Part shown: positions 62,039 through 64,000 of the stretch, in pieces
Numbering within the stretch: the stretch's first letter is position 1
Layout of the letters: each line of letters opens with the position of its first letter
Origin: the human T2T-CHM13v2.0 reference genome, Homo sapiens
Length of the DNA stretch: 64,000 bases
Reading direction: 5' to 3' (one strand)
Assembly (NCBI RefSeq): GCF_009914755.1
Contig: NC_060930.1
Made by a program: the position numbers and the translations under genes
Notes under the pieces: model-generated
What the model saw: the letters and a program-made list of their open reading frames with translations, nothing else
Told to the model about the DNA's origin: nothing
Databases searched by the model: none

Positions 62039-64000
62039 TCAGTAACTTCTTCGGATGTGTGCATTCGACGCACAGAATGGAACATTCCCTTTGATAGAGC
62101 AGTTTTGAGACACCGTTTTTGTAGAATTCCCAAGTGGATATTTAGAGCACTTTGAAGTCTCTGCTAGAAAAGGAAACATCTTCATGTAAAAAGTAGATAG
62201 AATCGTTCTCAGAAAGTGCTTAGTGACGTGTGCGTTCAACTCACAGAGTTTAACGTTTCTTTTGATAGAGCGTTTCTGAAACACCCTTCTTGTAGTAGCT
62301 GCAAGTGGATATTTGGACCTATTGGAGGCCTTCTTTGGAAATGGGATTTCTTCATGTAACTCTAGATTGAAGAGTTCTCAGAAACTCCTTTGTGATGTGT
62401 GCATTCAATTCAAAGAGTGAAACCTCCCTTTTCACAGAGCAGTTTTGAAACACTGTTTTTGTAGGATTTCCAAGGGGATATTTATAGCGCATTGAGCCTA
62501 CGGCGGAAAAAGAAACATCTTCCTATAAAAACTAGACAGAATACTTCTCAGAATCTGCTTTGCGATGTGTGCGTTCAACTCACAGAGTAAAACTTTTCTT
62601 TTGATAGAGCAGTTTTGAAACACTCTTTTTGTAGTATTTGCATGTGTATATTTAGAGCGCATTGAAGCCCACAGTAGAAAAGGAAATAACTTCACCTAAA
62701 ACCTAGACAGAAGCAATCACAGAAACTACTTTGTGATGTGTACATTCAACTCACAGAGTGGAACTTTCCTCTTTATAGAGCAGTGTTGAAACACTCTTTT
62801 TGTAGAAACTGCAAGTGGATATTTGGACCTCTTTGAGGCCTTCGTTGGAAACGGGATTTCTTCCTATAACCCTAGACAGAAGAATTTTCAGAAACCTCAT
62901 TGTGATGTGTGCGTTCATCTCACAGAGTGGAGTCTTCCGTTTGATAGAGAAGTTTTGAAACCCTGTTCTTGTAGGATTTCCAAGTGGATATTTAGACCAC
63001 TTTGAAGCCTATGATAGAAAAGGAAACATCTTCATGGAAAACATAGATAGAATCATCCTCAGAAACAACTTTGTGATGTGTGCGTTGAACTCACCGTCTT
63101 TAACCTTTCTTTTGGTAGAGAAGTTTTGAAACACTCTCTTTGTAAAGTCTACAAGTGGATATTTTGAGCCCTTGGAGGCATTCTTTGGAAAAGGGAATGT
63201 CTTCACATAAAAGGCAGACGGAAGTGTTCTCAGAAACTGCTTTGTGATGTCTGTGTTCAACTCACAGAGTTTAACATTTCCTTTGATAGAGCGGTTTAGT
63301 AACCCTCTCTTTGTAGAATTTGGAAGTGTATACTAAGAGCGCTTTGAGGCCTATGGTAGAAAAGGAAATATCTTTCCATAAAAGCTAGACAGAAGCAATC
63401 TCAGAAACTCCTCTGTGATGTCTGCATTCAACTCACCGAGTGGAACATTCCTCTTGAGAGAGCAGTTTGGAAACACTCTTTCTGTAGAATCAGCTTGTTT
63501 GTATTTGGACCTCCTTGAGGCCTTCGTTGGAAACGGGTTTTCATCTTATAAACCCAGACAGAAGAATTCTCAGAGTCTTCTTTGTGATGTGTGCTTTCAA
63601 CTCACCGAGATAAAGATTTCTCTTGATAGAGCAATTTGGAAACACTCTTTTTGTAGAATTTGCAAGGGTACATTGAGAGCGCTTTCAGGCCTATGGTAGA
63701 AAAGGGAATATCTTTCCATAAAAGGTAGACAGAAGCAATCTCAGAAACTACTTTGTGATGTGTGCATTCAACTCACCGAGTGCAACGTTCCTCTTGACCG
63801 AGCAGTTTGGAAACATTGTTTCTGTAGAATCTGCAAGTGGATATTTGGACCTCTTTGAGGCCTTCGTTGGAAACGGGATTTCTTCCTATAAACCCAGACA
63901 GAAGAATTCTCAGAGACTTCTTTGTGATGTGTGAATTCAACTCACAGTGTGGATCCTTCCTTTTGATAGAGCAGTTTTGAAACCCTGTTTTTGTAGTATT
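62039..64000 (+). repeat. Partial HOR unit U24 (type undetermined)
   Basis: Window ends before the position where 15-mers and 18-mers diverge. Confidence 0.9.

Larger units (their letters stand above)
1..64000 (+). repeat. Centromeric alpha-satellite higher-order repeat array, single orientation, runs off both window ends
   Basis: ~170 bp monomers with alphoid hallmarks (ctcagaaac..tgtgatgtgtgcattcaactcacagag, gatagagcagttttgaaacactc, CTTCGTTGGAAACGGGA) throughout. Identical ORF translations recur every 2551 or 3057 bp. Confidence 0.99.
1..64000 (+). repeat. D6Z1: Likely human chromosome 6 live HOR array D6Z1 (S1C6H1L, suprachromosomal family 1), mix of canonical 18-mer and 15-mer variant
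   Basis: 3057 bp 18-monomer unit, one BamHI site (GGATCC, e.g. 2244-2249) noticed per unit, and mostly alternating A/B monomers. Matches the known ~3 kb BamHI 18-mer of chr6. Assignment is from recall, not from alignment. Confidence 0.85.

Noticed and set aside
332-63699. Recurrent 60-207 aa ORFs on both strands, including the 18-mer-specific 207 aa ORF
   Set aside because: These are translations of alpha-satellite monomers, internally repetitive (FQNCSIKR, SKYPL), with no recognisable domain and many non-ATG starts. They recur only because the DNA repeats. There is no evidence of coding function.
284-63878. Regularly spaced conserved 17-mers resembling CRISPR direct repeats
   Set aside because: They are CENP-B boxes. 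The intervening DNA is itself homologous repeat rather than unique spacers, and there are no cas genes.
1-64000. L1/Alu insertion, inversion or non-alphoid island
   Set aside because: All unit spacings are accounted for by 2551, 2549 or 3057 bp, and ORF strand order never flips, leaving no room for an insertion or inversion.
1-64000. Claim that this window is the kinetochore site, or a previously undescribed biological system
   Set aside because: Kinetochore position is epigenetic and cannot be read from sequence. Everything seen fits known alpha-satellite biology.

Overview
The whole 64 kb window is one uninterrupted, single-orientation array of primate (very probably human) alpha-satellite DNA. 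It is made of ~170 bp monomers organised into highly homogeneous higher-order repeats (HORs) rich in CENP-B boxes. Repeat spacings give two HOR lengths: 3057 bp (18-mer, 6 copies) and 2551 bp (15-mer, 17 complete copies, one of them 2549 bp), in the order 15,18,18,15,15,15,18,15,15,18,15,15,15,18,18,15x8, then a partial unit. A ~3 kb 18-mer with one BamHI site and a mostly A/B dimeric pattern best fits the chromosome 6 live array D6Z1 (S1C6H1L); this rests on recall, not on a search. I found no genes, transposon insertions, inversions or CRISPR arrays, and the ORF track only reflects the repeat. I found no new biological system. The interesting content is array evolution: (1) the 15-mer is a 506 bp deletion between two old trimer paralogues, breaking just 3' of a CENP-B box; (2) SNV haplotypes are linked to HOR type, with recombinant or converted units; (3) there are recent local duplications of 1, 2 and possibly 3 HORs; (4) one CENP-B box is knocked out. 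All SNV calls were made by eye and should be confirmed by alignment.
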